DNA of 64,000 nt, from contig CP158635.1 in NCBI GenBank assembly GCA_050273025.1, forward strand, positions 16,988,001-17,052,000. The letters are read 5' to 3'. Positions 61,801 to 64,000 of the stretch are shown here, piece by piece. Position 1 is the stretch's first letter. Every line of letters starts with the position of its first letter. The stretch is from Cenococcum geophilum (Eukaryota). The position numbers and the translations under genes are program-made. The notes under the pieces are model-generated. The model was not told the DNA's origin and made no database searches. It was given only the letters and a program-made list of their open reading frames with translations.

Positions 61801-63503
61801 AAAGGGGTGTTATCGCAGTATAATAAGAACGGCGAGCTGCGCCTAGTAGCCTTTCTCTCCCAGAAACTTACCCCTACTAAATTAAACTATAAGATATATA
61901 ATAAGGAACTACTTATAATTATTAAATACTTTAAATAATAGCGCCTAAAACTTAAAGGATTATTATTCCTAATACGCGTATTAACGGACTATAAAAACCT
62001 ATAGTACTTTATAACTATAAAGCAATTAATATAGCGCTAAATTCATTAGGGTAAATACCTTTTATAATTTAACTTTAAGATTATATACTAACCTAGCAAA
62101 CTTAACTAAAAGCCTAACTTATTAATATAATAATTATAGGACTTACCTGCAAATGCCTCTAATAAATAGATTATAAATTAATTATAAATTCTACTACCCC
62201 CTAAATGCTTTAAAAAACTACGCCCTATATTCCTAAATGCGGAGCTTAACAGGAATAAATTAGAAATTAATAAGTGGGATATAGAAATTAATAAATTAAT
62301 AAAATATAAATATAAGAACAACTCCTAGATAGTAGATATAATAAAAGTAATTTAAATAGGGAAACGGTAATATAAGGATATTATACTCACTAAATACAAA
62401 ATCCGCAATAATTGGTTATACTATTAATAGAAGATAGTAGTCCCAAATTCTAAACCCTTACGATTTAAGATACTCGAATTTATATACGATTCCCCTATAG
62501 TAGGGCATCCTAGCCATATAAAGACCTATAAGATTATTCAATAAGTATACTACTGGCCTATAATATATAACTATATATAAAAATACGTTTAAGCATATAG
62601 AATGTGCGTATATAGGAAGACCTCTTATATAAAGAAGTAAGGAGTACTTTAACCATTGCCAATTTTAATACAAAGATGGCAAGATATCTTAATTAACTTT
62701 ATAGTTAATCTACCTAACAGTAATAGATTTATAAATGTTATGGTAGTTATTAACCATTTTATAAAAATATAATATATAATTCCTATAGACTTAATCGATA
62801 TAATATTAGTAGCCAAATATTTTATTAAGTACGTCTTTAAACTATATAGACTTCTTAATTTAATAATATTTAACTGTAGAAGCCAGTTTGTTTTAGACTT
62901 TTAGTAAGCCCTATATAAATAATTAAGTATATAAACACAACTCTTAACTATATTTTATCTAGAGATAGATAGTTAAACCAAAATTATAAACATAATTATA
63001 GAATAATACCTATAAATATACTACTCCTACCTGCAAGATAACTAGGAGAAATGGCTACTATTAGCTAAGTTTACTAGAAATAATATAAGAAATAAATTAA
63101 TAGGTATAACGCCGTTTTATATAACCTATAGATAAAACCCTTAACTTAAATTTAAACCATAACCCAAAATTAATATAATAGGACCTATAATTAAGAGGAT
63201 TTAACTAATTAACGTATATAACTTTACTAATTAAATAAAGTAGTTAACGGAACTATTATAAAGTAAATTAGCGTACGCTTAAATAGTATAGGAATAGCAC
63301 GCAAATAAAGAACGAGCTCCCGCGTAGGACTTTAAGGAAGGTAATATAGTTTACCTAAATATACAAAATCTAAAGACTTAATAACCTTTAAAGAAACTAG
63401 ACTAGAAGTTTGCGGGTCCGTATTAAGTTAAGAAGAAACTAAGCCTATACGCTTATAAACTTAAACTACTAACTAAGATAAAAATATATCTAACGTTTTA
63501 TAT
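52878..63503 (+). mobile_element. Gypsy E inserted into the pol region of A; 5' LTR 52878-53185; interrupted by the LINE and by F; 3' end outside the window
   Basis: LTR TGTAAC...TTACA; gag Zn knuckle CFRY.KK..I.RDC split by the LINE; PR IDSGA ~60163; RT AYINNILIY ~61330; RNase H; integrase GPY motif ~63415. Confidence 0.88.
54191..59835 (-). mobile_element. Full-length Tad1-like LINE (5645 bp), RIP-inactivated, inserted in the gag of E
   Basis: 15-bp TSD CACGAGCTATAAATA (54176-54190 / 59836-59850); ORF1 with degenerate Zn knuckles ~58540-58660; ORF2 APE start (YNCGN...LAI*EPY ~57870-57780), RT YRPIALENTL, GIP*GLPLSPILF, GFVNNT; AATAATAA tail. Confidence 0.92.
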
Positions 63504-64000
63504 TGTAAGTGTATAATTACAGCACCTGTCGTACTAACCGCGTACTTACGCGCTCGGTACGCCGAGTACGCGTTTACGCGTTTGGTGCACCAACCACCCG
63601 CTTACGCGTCTAGTGCACTTCTAAAGCACTAACTAATCAGGGGGGAGGCGCATTAGTATATAGACTACGTAGTCTGCTTTATACAATCGACAGTCACTAC
63701 CGTCTAAATGAGCATACGATACTATACGTATTTCGTGCCCCTAGACACGACTCACTTGTACCATTAAATTGGTACAAATACTAATCAGTGAGCGCGCATA
63801 GATCAGCAATCACTCAACACCTCCCCCCGAGCGATACTCGACAGCGACCACCCGTTCATATCCTAGTACGACCTACTAAAAGGTCGGAAGTTGGGGATTA
63901 CGGACCTATTACTAACTCTGTATACTTATTTAAGTCTTAGTACGGTTTACCGGAAGTATAATAGACGCAAATACAGACCTATATAGGAACCCCCTACCCT
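63504..64000 (+). mobile_element. 5' LTR (~63504-63780) and leader of a second GalEa-like Copia (F) inserted in the integrase C-terminus of E
   Basis: TGTAAG start interrupts the IYLTFYI (IHPTFHI-like) motif; the LTR ends AATA (RIP of AACA) and is followed by CTAATCAGTG, matching the CTGATTAGTG after B's LTR. Confidence 0.7.

Overview
Filamentous-ascomycete genomic DNA (intron style and RIP pattern suggest Pezizomycotina, probably a Dothideomycete) in two sharply separated compartments. Bases 1-33,500 are gene-dense: CCT1, a Bud3-like RhoGEF, DCC1, a hemerythrin-domain gene, LSM8, a PITH gene, VPS20, RIX7, two tiny Cys-rich ORFs, a PhoD-like gene, NBP35, UBA1 and an RNI-like LRR gene. This half also holds a small RIP-hit island (about 11.7-14.0 kb) with a PIF/Harbinger-like MITE next to a Clr5-domain pseudogene. 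Bases ~33,550-64,000 are an AT-rich, RIP-destroyed transposon nest that can be largely disassembled from LTRs, TIRs and target-site duplications. A minus-strand Gypsy (A) hosts a solo LTR, a GalEa-like Copia (B) and another Gypsy (E). B hosts a full Gypsy (C) and a minisatellite-filled TA-TIR element (D). E hosts a full-length Tad1-like LINE and a second Copia LTR (F). Most notable observations: (1) a 44-bp hairpin/CCAAT module shared by the 3' UTRs of unrelated Gypsy and Copia elements; (2) a LINE whose 5' end begins with a copy of its own 3' tail; (3) a possible CUG-initiated NLS extension on UBA1; (4) a higher-order palindromic minisatellite that largely escaped RIP inside element D. All calls are by eye from sequence and recalled motifs; no database searches were run.
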